Part shown: positions 1-12,484 of the stretch, one piece after another
Position numbering within the stretch: the first letter of the stretch is position 1
Layout: every line of letters starts with the position of its first letter
From: Oikopleura dioica
Taxonomy: Eukaryota; Animalia; Chordata
Length of the DNA stretch: 64,000 nt
Direction: 5' to 3'
Assembly: GCA_907165135.1 (NCBI GenBank)
Contig: OU015566.1
Coordinates: forward strand, 9,548,001 to 9,612,000
The notes under the pieces: generated by a model
What the model saw: only the letters and a program-made list of their open reading frames with translations
Databases searched by the model: none
Told to the model about the DNA's origin: nothing
Program-made: the position numbers and the translations under genes

Positions 1-784
1 TCCTCTCACTTTCTATAGAACGCTTCAAAATTCCAAGAAGCGAAAGCGAAAAGTAATCTTGTTTCTCCCAGCAGAAGTTATCAGCTGTTCAGGAGCCCTC
101 AACCGAGCGCTTATCGGCCAATCATGAGCGCCCGCCACCAAGCCCGTTTTCCGACAACGAAGAAGCGCTTTTCGACTTTTTCTGTACGAACTACAAGATT
201 CCGCTGGCCGTCAAACGAGTCCAGCATCGCCAGAGCCAACGGAACCCGCGACATCAGAAATGGACGGGTAGAAACTATTTAAATTCAAGTGCCAATTTTT
301 ATTTAGCCGAAGAAAAAGCTGCTTTCGAAGTAGGAGTTGCAACGAAAGGCAAAAACTTCTTCAAGATCCGCGAAGAGTACCTTCCAAAGAAGGACGTGAA
401 AGACCTTGTCCTTCATTACTACTTCGTAAGTCATCTTTCTCTCGAATCTTTTCGGAAATCTTATTAGTGGAAGAAAAGCGCTAACTACGACACCTTCTCT
501 GCCAAAACGAGATCGAAGCGCAACGGAAACTCCACCAACTACATGGAGAAGCTCATCGAAGAGCTAGAAACCAAACGACCCAGACGAAACGGCCCAAGAG
601 CGCCTGAAGAGCCGTATTTCTTCTAAGCCTTGACCTGTAAAACCAACATTTCAGATCATCAAACACTAACGGTCACGCAAAGACTGAAACAAACGCTGCG
701 CAAAGTGAATCCACCGCTCCAACTTCCAACAAGGTGATGACTCTCCAGCTGAACGGTGACACTTGGAGCGTCAGCGAAGATTAG
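1..784 (+). CDS. MIER1: MIER-family ELM2-SANT corepressor, 3' part (5' end outside window)
   Basis: Spliced translation DNEEALFDFFC...KWT|AEEKAAFEVG...HYYF|WKKSANYDTFSAKTR...TNYMEKL resembles MIER1 (DNEQALYEL...WKKSERYDFFAQQTR...TDYMDRL). GT-AG introns include 268-306 and 614-654; stop TAG at 782-784. Confidence 0.85.
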
Positions 785-1043
785 GCAAATTAAATATAAC
801 GAGATTAAAAAACGCTTTCCTTGCAAACTGCACTTTCTCAGCACCATTATTCATTTATCTGCGATTCGTTCTCGTTCCTTTATCTCCTCCCTGTTCAGCA
901 AGACCCTGCCGGATCGGCTTATTCTTGCCGGCCTGGTGGGGTCCTTTTTCATTTATCTACGAATTTTCTACATGTTCTCTGAGTTGAATAAGAGCTTTGC
1001 GCTGTCAAATTTTTCTAAAAGAAAACCATTCCAGAATTGAAAG

Positions 1044-2301
1044 ATGGTGAAGAAAACTGGCAAGCCAGGAAACTCGACTCGTGCGAAAGCGCTTGTTTCC
1101 ATGGCCCAGCAAGCGTCGCAAAAGTATCTCGAGGAAATCGACGTCAACATGGGAGATGGCTACTCGCTCGTTTACGAAAAACCTTCGGAGGAGTCAATTA
1201 ACTACGCTTTCGAACTTACAAAGCAAAACATGCAGGAGCTCTACGAACAGGCACCCGAGTGGGGCTGGCATGGTGAGTTTTTTTTACCAACGGTACAGAA
1301 TCTGTTACTACAGTGATGGAATAAGTATCACTATGTGATGGAGTAAGACCGCCAAAATAGGCATTCATTTTATTAAAAATCAGCTACCAGTTGGACCATG
1401 TGTTGTTCCAGCTTATAGTAAAGGAAAAACAGCAGCAGCAGATAACACAATCGCTTCTTGAATTCGATTCCGATACAAATACATTCTCATATCGTGAGCT
1501 TTCTTCTGTAGTAGCGATTTCACTGCTGTTCTCAAAATCAATTGTATCGTACGTTCGCCAAACCTACAAAAATAATTTAGTTCCAAATTCTCATTCAACA
1601 ACTTACTCGCATCAGTTTCAGGGACATTTTTGGTTCTCTTATCATTATTTTCTAAAAATACTAGACCTATTCTTTGACTAAGTAAATAAGAGTCTTTTTT
1701 CGGTCCTCGATATCCAATATGGCCAGCAAGATTGTTACGTCAAAGAACTTATAAGCCCATATATTGATGATCATCCTCTTATGAATCTGAGTATATTTTC
1801 AGACGACGAGAAAATGAAAGAAATTAAAAGCGCGAAGCAGCATACGCTGTTTGTTCATCACGAAGGTCAACGCCGTGGAATCTGTTGCCTTCGCTGGCTC
1901 ACCGAAAACAATGAGCCCGTGCTTTACCTGTACGAAATTCAGCTTGAAGCATCTGCCTGTCGCTTTGGCCTTGGGTAAGCGCACAACCTTAGTTGCGCTT
2001 TTGAAATATCTTTTTATTCTCAAGGACGAAAATCATGACATTGGTCGAGAAGTTGGCGAGCAAATCACGAATGCAAAAAGTCGTGTTGACAGTTTTGATA
2101 AATAATGTCGCCGCTGTCGAGTTTTATAGAAAACTCAATTACACGAATAATGAAAAGTTGGACAAGACCTTCAGGACTCGGATTTGCTTTCTGACGATTT
2201 TAATCAAAATCAGGCCAATGTAAATCCGAACGAACAGCTACAGAATTCTGTCAAAGAAAATCAAGCCAGATGGCGACGTAGAGCTGAAATACCAAGCCTA
2301 G
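1044..2301 (+). CDS. NAA40: N-alpha-acetyltransferase 40 (NatD, GNAT fold)
   Basis: LTKQNMQELYEQAPEWGW...VLYLYEIQLE...GLG...MQKVVLTVLINNVAAVEFY...SYRILSKK matches NAA40 motifs. Multi-exon; the last intron is read as GA-AG (2175-2237). Confidence 0.85.
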
Positions 2302-2381
2302 AAAAGACGTAGAAATCATGCGTTTAGTTTCTTATAGAATTTTCCTTTATCTCAAACTGCCTTACTGTAACTGCATCAAAC

Positions 2382-3244
2382 ATGTCTCCTCGAGGGAGCC
2401 AGAAACAAGTTTATCCTTGAAATTTTAAAGTTTAGATGGAGCAGCGTACTCCAGTCGTGAAAGTAAACACGCAGAAAGAAGCGTTGGCAAGGGCGGAGGC
2501 GAGGTTGAATAACTTGCTAAGCGGACTTTCTGATGTAGGCCTATTTGAATTAGTTACCGATGACGGTAGCTTAATTTTGTGTAGGAACTGAATACAGCTC
2601 ATGAGAAGTCAACTGTTTCTCAATCAGAAGGCTTCGGTAAATGTGCCAGATGCCAGCAAAGAATCGATAGTCTTGAAGAGGGATGCAGAGCTCTTGGAGA
2701 GACTTTCCACAACGCTTGTTTTCACTGCAACAGATGTGGAGATCAGCTCGTTCATAAACAGTTCGTCCACTCAAGTAATCATTAATGCAAAAGTATCGGC
2801 TTCTTATTTTTCGTATTCAGACAACAGAGTTTACTGCGAGGAATGTCACAACTCAATAGATGTTCTCTCGCATCCTCCCTCTTGCTCGAGCTGCTTGAAG
2901 CCGATCACGGATCGAATCTGCACAGCTTCGGGAAAGCGTTTCCACATTCCGTGCTTTGTCTGCTCAATTTGCAAATGCCCTCTCGCTGGGCAAGAGTTTC
3001 GACTTGGTCCTGGACCAGAATGGGAGGTAAGGAACTAACTTAAGACTTGCGTGTTGAAATAAACTCGTCATTTCAGCTCCTGTGCTTCAAAGACTGGTCG
3101 CTGCGCTATGCCCCACGATGTGGCGGTTGTACGAAGCCCATTCTGCCCAAGAATTCCAGCGACAAAATCGACTGTTACCAGATTCTCACTTCTGCTTCAC
3201 AACAAACGCCTAACAGCTTTTATCATTTCCAGTGCATCAATTGA
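2382..3244 (+). CDS. LIM-domain protein, zyxin/LPP/ajuba-like
   Basis: CSSCLKPITDRICTASGKRFHIPCFVCSIC...LCFKDW and RYAPRCGGCTKPILP resemble zyxin-family LIM2/LIM3. The last LIM lacks its terminal CxxC. Start position uncertain. Confidence 0.7.
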
Positions 3245-3349
3245 AAATAGAAAGTTCTTTACCGAAAAGTGCTACCAAAGAAGTCTTCAATTTACTATTG
3301 AGAAAATAATTTACAACAACTCGTTTCTATTATTATCTTCCTTAACCTC

Positions 3350-4398
3350 TTATTCTTCCAATTCTCGTTTCGACCACTTTTTCCTCTCCTGTTTGCCGTG
3401 AACTACCTTATGAGCCGTAAGTCTTCCAATAAATTATTTCCTAAATGGTTTATTTAAATCTAAAAAAACAGCGTTAAATATGTATGCAGCTCAAGAACAG
3501 TTTTCTGGTTGAATGTATATTTCCTCGTCAGCAGTCAGGCTTTGCAGGGTTTCTTTTACAGAAGAAAAGTCTTTCTGAAAGAGAATTTTTAAGGCGCTGA
3601 AATTTGAATTGACCTTGATTTTAGCCGGGCAGATTCTACTCTAATGTCAAACAGAGCTCCTTTCAGTGAGTTAGTTTCATAAAAGTCTTTGGAAGCTTCC
3701 AACTCGCGCTAGAATTCCAAATCTACGTCTTTAGCCCGATTTCGAGATAGATTACCTGCAGATTCTTGAGACGTCTCACGAATTCTTTGTCACTTTCTGA
3801 TTGGGACGCGTCGTCGATTTTCTTCTCAATTTGTTTCTGAAATGGTTTAATTCAGAATGGCTTGAAGGAAGGACTCACGCTATCTTCGTCCAGTTTGATC
3901 AGGTCGTTCATCACTTCTGAAAAGGAAAAATGTTTAAAAAGTTTTCAATTTTTTTCTTGGAAACCTTGATAAGTGTTGGAGTAGAGCGTTTCCACGGAAA
4001 GTGAAGATGCTATGTCTGAAGCAAGATTTGTCTCGTGAGAGTCGGAGGATAGATAACGGAATTGAGCTCGAATCCCTTCTTTGAATTTATTGAGCTGGGA
4101 TGTATCTGTTGTATCGGAATAGTTCTTAAGAAAATGTACCATAGAAAATAGAAGAATCCGTAGCTCTTACTTTTGCGCTTGTATGAGGAGCTTCAACATC
4201 ATTCAACCTTTGGTATTTCTTCATTCTTTCATCCCTCTTGCTCGGCTTTTTCTTTTTCCATCGCCAGACGGCAATTCCAATAGCCATAAGAACAAGCCAC
4301 ACTCCAAAAGTTATCAAAGCTTTTGAATTTTGAAAAGTCCTATCAACAGGCTCGTCGTCATCCATTTTCTTGGAGTTATCTGCTGGTCGATATTTCAT
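3350..4398 (-). CDS. Hypothetical single-pass membrane protein with helical C-terminal region
   Basis: Hydrophobic LITFGVWLVLMAIGIAVW followed by RWKKKKPSK. Several downstream exons join in frame through GT-AG introns; stop TAA at 3350-3352. No family recognised. Confidence 0.55.
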
Positions 4399-4428
4399 AG
4401 AGAGCACATAACAAACCGCATCTAGAAA

Positions 4429-5072
4429 ATGGCCTTTGGTCGTAGAAAACGGATCGTTCTGCTGTCAGGACCAACTAATTCTGGTACTGAGCGCATGATT
4501 TACTAATATTCATCCTTTTTTAATAAGGCAAGACGACTTTGTCGAAGGAATTAGCGGAGAAGATCAAGAACTGTCTATTGGTTCACCAAGATCCTTTCTA
4601 CCACCCTGATGAATTTATCTTTTCAAAAGGTCTTTCTTGGGATCACACTGAAGCGATCAATTGGAATGAGATCAGGAGAAAAGTCGAGTTTTCAGAAAAA
4701 CAGCTGGTTATAATCGAAGGAACAATGGTTGTGGATGAACTGATAGGTCTTGGAAAGAAAGAACTTTTGAACGAAGAATGGAAAGTTCTTCCAGTTTGGC
4801 CAAGGGCTTCAAATTTATTCTTACCGCAACAATTGAGTTCATAAGCCCTTATTAAGCTTGATATTGAGAAAGAACTAGCTGAAAGTCGACGAAGTTCAAG
4901 GGCAGACTACGAAGTTGCTGATCCGCCGGGTTACTTTGAGAACGAAGTTTGGCCACTCTCCTGCAGGAAGAAAAAATTATGCGAAATTTCAAATATTGAA
5001 ATCTTCGCTCAGAAAGATATTTTGCTATTGAAAAATTTAATCTGTCAATTTTTATCAGATCAAGACTCTTGA
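4429..5072 (+). CDS. NMRK1: Nicotinamide riboside kinase
   Basis: P-loop SGPTNSG|KTT, HQDPFY, VIIEG and DPPGYFENEVWP match NRK1/2 (GVTNSGKTT, QDDFF, DSPGYFDGHVWP). Confidence 0.85.
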
Positions 5073-5150
5073 TTTAAGAGCAATGAAAGTATCTTCCATG
5101 ATTTCAACAAATTCGCGTTCATAATTGCCAAAATTTGTGCTTTCTCCAGT

Positions 5151-5222
5151 GGTCCTATGGTGTAATGGCTATCACTGTGGACTTTGAATCCACCAATCCG
5201 AGTTCGAATCTCGGTAGGACCT
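5151..5222 (+). tRNA. tRNA-Gln (anticodon TTG)
   Basis: Acceptor stem GGTCCTA/TAGGACC, anticodon arm GTGGA-CTTTGAA-TCCAC, T-loop GTTCGAATC; 72 nt. Confidence 0.97.
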
Positions 5223-5225
5223 TCC

Positions 5226-5231
5226 TTTTTT
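5226..5231 (+). terminator. RNA polymerase III oligo-T terminator
   Basis: T6 run 3 nt downstream of the tRNA-Gln 3' end. Confidence 0.8.
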
Positions 5232-5322
5232 CATCCCTTTCAAATTACCCTTTCTGCTCTCAGCATTGATTTTTACTTACCCCTCCCGTTAAAATATCAC
5301 AAGTACTGATGATTCGCTTAGA

Positions 5323-6903
5323 ATGGATGAGAACTCGTTGATTTTCGGACTCGAGAGCGCATCAAGAGAGCTCTGCCCTGTTGTTGGCGATGCGGATGTT
5401 GTCAGATTTCTAGGTACTGCTGGCGCTGTTTTAATTAGCTATTTATGTTCAGCTGTGACGCAAAATCCTACTGGAGGAAACTCCATTTCTTTACTCACGT
5501 TCGACGAAGACGACAATCAAGTAACGCGCTTTCAATTCATGACAAAAGCGGAGCACTGGAGAGTATCTTCCTGCCCTCAAGATGTTGCTAAGTTTGCCAC
5601 AGTCTCGCAGGAGATTTCAAAGTCTGAAGATGGAAAGTACACAAGTGTGGCCAAAGCGAATGTGTTCATTCTAAACGAGGACATTTCGAATTTCAACGAA
5701 CAAAGTCAGAAAGCCTTGGATCCAGCCCTGGTAATCATGTTGGCTTTGGTCGAAATTTATTCGAAATATTTAGCAATTCAAAGTCGATCATTTGGCGAAT
5801 TTAACCTGGAAGCCGGAGGAAAGCTCGACTCAAGGACTCGCAATGGTGTCTAACACTAGCCTCTTCGTTCTGGAAGACCTTGAGCAAGAAAATCCGGAGC
5901 TCATCGCGAAAACAAGAGGAATGAATGGCCCTGTCGCCTGGGATCCGCACAATCCAAGCTCAGTCGTTGCCGGTAAATTCTATAGCACCTCGATGATGAT
6001 GCTAATTTGCATTTTTATCAAGTACGCACTTGAGAATCAAATTCCCGAATCTTCCTTCCACAAGTTTTACATTCACACGATTAAAAAAATTTATTGAAAG
6101 GTTGAAGCGACTTGTAAATTTGTGTATTTCAGCTGCGGTCGGGCATTCCGCGCGCGCCTACGACGTGCGTTCCAAGGCGCTTGCCTGGGAAGTCGGCCAC
6201 CGCTTCAACGTGCGCGATCTCGACTTCAACCCTAACAAGAGCTTCCAGCTGGCTTTGGGCAGAGTTTGAAATGCTCGCAAATGCTCGCGAGCGCAAAGAG
6301 CGAGAGCGAAAATATATTATTGCTCTGAGAGCAGGGGAGCGGGAGCATGAAAATGAATATGCTCGAGAGCCAAAAGAGCGAGAGCCCAAATTTGAAATTT
6401 CAAACTCTGGCTTTGGGAGCGGACGATGGTGGAGTCAAGTTCTACGACACCAGAAAAGCGGCGAACCCGGTCAAGACGATACAGGGAGTTCATACTCACT
6501 GGACTTGGCAGGTAACTATCATTTCTCTTTTCAATGCCATTTTCCAGGAAAAATTTACTCGAATAAGGTCAAATTCAATCCTGTTCACGATCAATTGTTC
6601 CTCACATCTGGCGGTGACGGTTCTGTTTACCTTCATTCGATTACTTCTATTTCTTCTGAACCATTCGGTTCGATGATTGAAGAAGAGTCGACTAAAAAGA
6701 TAGACGATGGAGTCATTCTCAAATTCGACGAACATGAAGGTATCTATGCTGAATAAAATATTTCCTTGAGTTTTTCGTTAGATGCTGTTTATTCCTGCCA
6801 ATGGTCGACCGCAAATCCATGGCTATTCGCCTCGCTTTCGCACGATGGAAGAATGGTCATAAATCAAGTCCCGAAATCAGTAAAATACGATATTTTACTG
6901 TAA
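5323..6903 (+). CDS. EIPR1: EARP/GARP-interacting WD40 protein (EIPR1/TSSC1)
   Basis: IFGLE...[83 protein letters not shown] match EIPR1 from end to end. Confidence 0.93.
6260..6409. mobile_element. hAT-type MITE (150 bp) inside EIPR1 coding sequence
   Basis: Perfect 13-bp TIRs CAGAGTTTGAAAT/ATTTCAAACTCTG; 8-bp direct repeat GCTTTGGG at 6252-6259 and 6410-6417. Confidence 0.9.
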
Positions 6904-8422
6904 CCCTTTTCTTCAAACTAAAAAACTTCTTGTTACATCAATATATGTGCAATATTCATAATTGAAAATATCTTCAGCTCTCCTACTCTCCAATTTGAGC
7001 TGAGAATCTATGATTTTATGCAGGGCAAATCAAGTTTCTAATCTCGCAAGACACGTTGATTTTCTTTCATTTTCAAGGTCAGCGCTCGGCGCCGCGTAAT
7101 AAACCCTTGATATTTGGGTTTTCTGGAGCGCATGTGGCTTTCATGGTTTTTGATTATTCTTCACCAAGCACTCAAGGCGCGACAAGTGCTCCACCATCTC
7201 AGCTTCAACATGTGCCGCTCCGGTAATTCTAGCGCCAAGTGCGAAGCACTGCCTCTACCCATAGAAACATCTTTATACCATTCAATTAATCTATACTGGA
7301 CAACTCCTTACTACTCAACAACCGCAATTTATCTAAGCTAAACTGACCAATGCAAAAGAAGGACACAAGACAATTTTGATGGGAAATTGATTTTATTCAG
7401 GATAACAAGCCAGGTTTTACCGACTTTTGTCACGATAACTTTCTTCTTCTTTTTCCCCTTTGCTCTTCGGAAGAAGAAATCGTAGAACTGAAATGAAATA
7501 ATTTTGAATTGAAAGAAAACGCATTTTCTTACCTTTTTGTGGCCTTTTCGGACCGAGGAAATCCTCAGACTGACTGAATCTCGGTGCAGAAGCCCTGATA
7601 ACAACAGTTTATCTAGAGAAATTCGACGGAAATTTTAAAATAAACAGCGCCCACCTCGGGAGGTACTAGAATCGCTGATAACAACAACAACATATTCTCG
7701 AATGCAGTTTGATTTCTTTTATCTTTTCCAGGATTGAGAATCGGCTAGTCAGTGTTTGATGATATTCCTGACAAAGGGTTGGCCCTCTTGTCAAAGCACT
7801 GCGCCCTACTCATGATGATCAGCGAGCTCAATAGCGCCCTCCAGCTCGGCATGCTCCTCCACCAACCACATTCTTCGGCAGACGCTGCTAAAGCAGAGAA
7901 AATTAAAACTAAATTAAATAATTAAAACTTTAATTATTCCCGCCGCCACAATAATGGAAAAAGCTTTTTACGATCATTCAGGTAAAATTACAATTTCGCC
8001 TCGAAATGAAACGAAAATGAAAAAGAGAGCGCCCGACAAAATGCGAGAATTTGTTTCATTATTCAACACCTCCACCATGTAACAACACAAGAAGGAGTCA
8101 GTAGCCGCCTTCTCTCACACCATCTTGAGATTCACTTCAAAATTCAAGAGATAAAATTTTTCAAACATCAACGCGTTTTTGACTTACTACTGCAAATGTT
8201 CCCGAAGAGCTTATGAACTTTGAGAGTTGTTGAAAATAAACAGAAAATTTTGGCTTTATGTTTTGGTATTAATGTTAAATTATTTGTCTTTATAAAAATG
8301 GCCATAATAATAACCACTATCAGTGATAGTCTATCACCCTTCAAATCCAGCCTTGTGGTGCTCTCTTCGTATGAACTTCGTCCTACAGAAATACCAGCCT
8401 TATTAAACAAATTGAAATTAAG

Positions 8423-8864
8423 GTTGGAGCTCCGGTCCGAACCTTTGTGGACCCACCACTCCAGCTCTCTACCCTCCCGCGTACCAGCACCAAGCGCATC
8501 AGCTCTGTTCCAATTGTCAAAGTCCTTTTTACCCGCTTCATTTTGATGCGATCGACCGCCTTTGTCCCAGCTGTAGAACAGTCGACAAAGTCAGTTGGGA
8601 GTCTCCACTTGCCTCTGGATCCGTAACAACAAGTCTGCCGCTTTCGTTGACAACCGAGACAACAACGACAAATCACCAGATTGTCAACAATACCAACAGA
8701 TCACCGATTGCTCCGACAGTAGCCTCAACAGCGACAGTGACCAGCTCGACATCAACAAGTCTTTCCTCAGAGATACCAAAGGATAGAGAATTAAACGTAC
8801 AGTGCTTCGAATACAATGGAGAAATTTACGCGAAAGAGATTTGGAAGGCTCGACAAGAAGTTTT
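8423..8864 (+). CDS. Exon of a hypothetical protein with a C4 (GATA-like) motif and a Thr/Ser-rich tract
   Basis: Open exon bounded by AG/GT encoding CSNCQSPFYPLHFDAIDRLCPSCR. Flanking exons not resolved. Confidence 0.35.
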
Positions 8865-11207
8865 GTAAGTAAAAAATTGGTTGCGTAAATAAAGCTCAGC
8901 TGTTTTTCAACTCCAGCCTGGAGATCGTCTTAGTACACAGTATCCGTGCATAATTTGGGCGCTGCCAGAAATGTGGAGCAGAAGGCCGTGCTAGTACTGA
9001 GGCCCGTTGTTTTATGCCGGGCACGGTGTGATGTTTCTTGTAGTCTCCGCCTTTTTGACATCAATTGTTGAATTTTTTATCTTTTCTTTCTACCCCGGCC
9101 AAGAGAATTTTTTACTTTTTCTGGGAAGGAAAACTGGTGAATGAATTCAAAAATAATTCTTCTTTTTCAAATGATATTACAGAACTGAGATAAACGAGTT
9201 GCAATTTGCGTCCGGAATTTTTGTGATTTTTGCCAGGGCGTGAAGAAATTCTGTGGCGAGTGATACTCGGCGACCTTGGCGTGCCGCGCTGCTCTCGGAA
9301 GTGCCCTCGGAATTTGGCAGCTTCTGGCGCTAGAAAGAAAAACGCAGAAGGGGATAACTGCTCTACGGAATTTGGAAAATATAAATCCAAGGCGGAATTC
9401 GGTTCCCACCGAAGTAGACCGACTGGCGCGGCCGATGGGACACCGAGGCCCGCCCATTAGTCTGCTAACGACCATCAACCTTTATTAATTTTCAGCTCGT
9501 AGTGAATTTTCCGATGCAAGGGAATACGAGTTTACAGAATGCGTCTATTTTCAGAATGAAATTGTTTCCAGTTATTCAAAGTAACCCTGAAAAATTTCAG
9601 GGGCAGATGGATAGGCAAGCTTGAAAAATAATTCGAAGTAGATAATAATCATCTGGCTCCCTCTAGCCACCTGTTTTGATCGTCATATAAAGGCGATGAT
9701 GCGCATAGAAAATAATATTTACAAATGTAACTCTTGAATTATTAGCTATGAGAATTCAAAGAAGATCTACGTTTTACAATATTATTTTATACATGAAAGG
9801 AAACTTTTTACGTGGTACAACTCAGTTGTAAATCACAAATTATGATAGGACTTTCACAGTGTTTTTATCGCAATTTATGTGTATAAAATGTATGCAAATT
9901 CTGTATTGTGTATCGGGTCTTCAAAGAAATGGAAAATATATTCTGTGTTTGAAATCGAATACATGTACATTTGATTCTTTCTTTCGTCATTTTAGTCCCG
10001 TTTATAACTTTTACGATTTCTATTTGAAATTAATCTCTAATGAATCTGGTATTTGAAATGCATGTCAACATGCACTTAGTTGAAAAATGCGCTTGAAAAT
10101 TCCAAATCACACCTCAAGCTCCTCAAAAACGTCGGACGCTAAGTACTCTCTTAGGCTTTTCCATTTTCGGCTTGTGTTTGATAAACAACCGCCGGAATTG
10201 ACTAATTAGCTGCGATTCATCCGTGCTCCTCTAGCTGCGATTCTAGCGCTTGTCCAACGTGTGAAAGTTGAGAGAGTGCTCGAGTTTTTAATGAAAAGAA
10301 TTATTACAGATGTAACTTGCAATATTGGGCACTCGGCCATCTGGCCCTAGCTTTATGAAATGACGCTCCAAAAACACATAATCTCATTTCGCTGCTCATT
10401 TTCGTGAACCCTGCTCTTTCTTGTTAATCTGAAAGCAATACTCTTGCAATTTTCAAATAATTTATTCCGTATTTCTTAAGACAGTCGGTGCAATTCTCGT
10501 TCGGGCAATGAAATTAACGCAATATAACTTTAATAAATAAATCATAAAAGAGATATCCATAGAGTGGCCATCATCACTAGAAGAACCAAAACTAACAATA
10601 TTTATTTTTTCATAAACCGTGAATGAATGTCTTTACCTTTATCGGGATCTTGCGAGAAAATATTGTTCTCTAAAATCATTTTTGATAAAAATACCTCTTT
10701 TAGTAAAAAGGGCATGATCCTAGCGCATGTTTCTATTTACCTTACCGTAATTTACCGTATTTGCATTGTAATTAATTTTGATAGGCAGGTCTCCAAGAGA
10801 TTTTGCTCCTTGGTGAATCGGAATTTCCGAAGTTTCGAAAAATTCGCGGGGCCCTTGCGCATATTCGTGTATTGTGGGAATAGGCTCTTTGTCCTTTCTG
10901 AAGTCTTCACACGGCCGCAGAAAATGTCGACGGTACATTTTTTCGCCTAGAATTTACATAATTAAAAATCGCTCTAGAACAAAGCCTCGTTATCCCTATT
11001 GTGCCCCAGTCTTTCAGCAAAAAAGGGAGTACTTGGACGAGCGTGGGACTCAATAATCCCGTCACTCTAGCACTCGAAGCGCGACAAGTTTCGCAAAAAG
11101 TCATTTGAATCTTGAAAAAACGGAAAAGCGCCTTTCAAACGGGAAATTTTAATTAACACCCAAAGTGACACTTTCGCACGCAAAGAAACTTTTATTCATG
11201 AAAACAA

Positions 11208-12484
11208 ATGGCCTTCAAGTTAACCCATGAGCGTATTCTGACCAATCATTCAGACACGAAGTCCCTTCGGCTGATTCCAAACCACTTACCTCCCCTCCTC
11301 CAACGCCGTCTTCGACCTTCGAAAAACCCAGTCTAAGTGGCGATTGTTCAGTTCCAGAAGCTCCATCTGGTGTGTTGAAAGAATCGTTTTCCTCTCTAAA
11401 AGCCGATAGAATTTCTACGTATTCTGCTCCCAGCAGCAATCCGTATCCTAGCTCTAAAATTCAAGATTCAACCAGGTAAACCACTTATTGAAATTTGAAA
11501 TTTTAATAACGTTTAGCGACGATGGAAATCTAGTGATCGACGACGACCAAAATGGAAAACCAAAACGTCCGCGGACAATTCTTACAACTGAGCAAAGGTA
11601 AACCATAACTCTAACCCTAGCCCTAACACTAAACCCTTTTCAGGAAAAAATTCAAAGCTTACTTTGATTCTGGAGGCGAAAAGCCATCACGAAAAATACG
11701 CGAAAAATTGGCAGCAGAAACTGGTCTGACGGCGAGAGTTGTTCAAGTTTGGTTTCAAAATCAACGCGCTAAGGTACTTTCTTCAAAAATATTATTTATC
11801 AAGAATATTGTAGAAAAAGAAAATGGCAAAGAAAGAGCAATCTGTGGAGCTAGGACACGGGTTGATGGATCCACGGCGAGATTTTTATGGATACTCAGCT
11901 GGTATTCCATCTGGCTTTGACTCTTATTACTCTGCTGATTTCCAAGCTCAGGTTATCAATCTCAACTTGACATTTATAACGCTTGCTTCTTAGGTAGCCG
12001 CAACAGCAGCCGTCGTCGGAGCATCACCTCAATTTCACGGAAGTTCTTATCCCTCAGCTTTCCCATCAGCATATCCGGTCTGAAAAAAATTCTCAATTCA
12101 ATCGTTAAAATGAATTAAGCCATCTCCTTATGGGATTCATCAACCATCACTCCCTCATCATTCGCCTTTTTCACACCTTCCAGAGCCCCCTACGACGGTA
12201 AAAATATCATTCTCTTCCTTGATTTCATCATGATTCTTCAGGGTCTTCAATCTTCTGCCTTTACATCGCCGCCTACCTTTGGGTATTCCAGCAGCACGCC
12301 TTCAATTTCCTCACCGAGTTTTCCAACATTCGTACCATCTTCCGTTAATTCATTGTCTTCCGTCAGTTTCAACCATGAGTTGCCTCCTCATCCTGAACCA
12401 CAGCCTGTCGTTTCAAGCCCCACAGAGGCAAAATTACCAATCAAAAATGAAGAAATTCTCGATCCGTCTACACTGCAATCATAG
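11208..12484 (+). CDS. LMX1: Lmx1-type homeodomain transcription factor (no LIM domains seen)
   Basis: [14 protein letters not shown]|KKFKAYF...[31 protein letters not shown] closely matches the Lmx1 homeodomain. Short GT-AG introns; Pro/Ser-rich C-terminus. Confidence 0.85.

Noticed and set aside
7000-8400. GC-richer patches with splice-like signals between EIPR1 and the 8423 exon
   Set aside because: No consistent frame or strand and no recognisable protein could be assembled. A gene may exist but is unsupported.
9100-9490. Several overlapping short ORFs in a GC-richer patch
   Set aside because: No motifs or coherent splice structure.
11598-11643. CTAACCCTAGCCCTAACACTAAACCCT telomere-like run in an Lmx intron
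   Set aside because: Only about four degenerate units; compatible with chance or an old repair scar.
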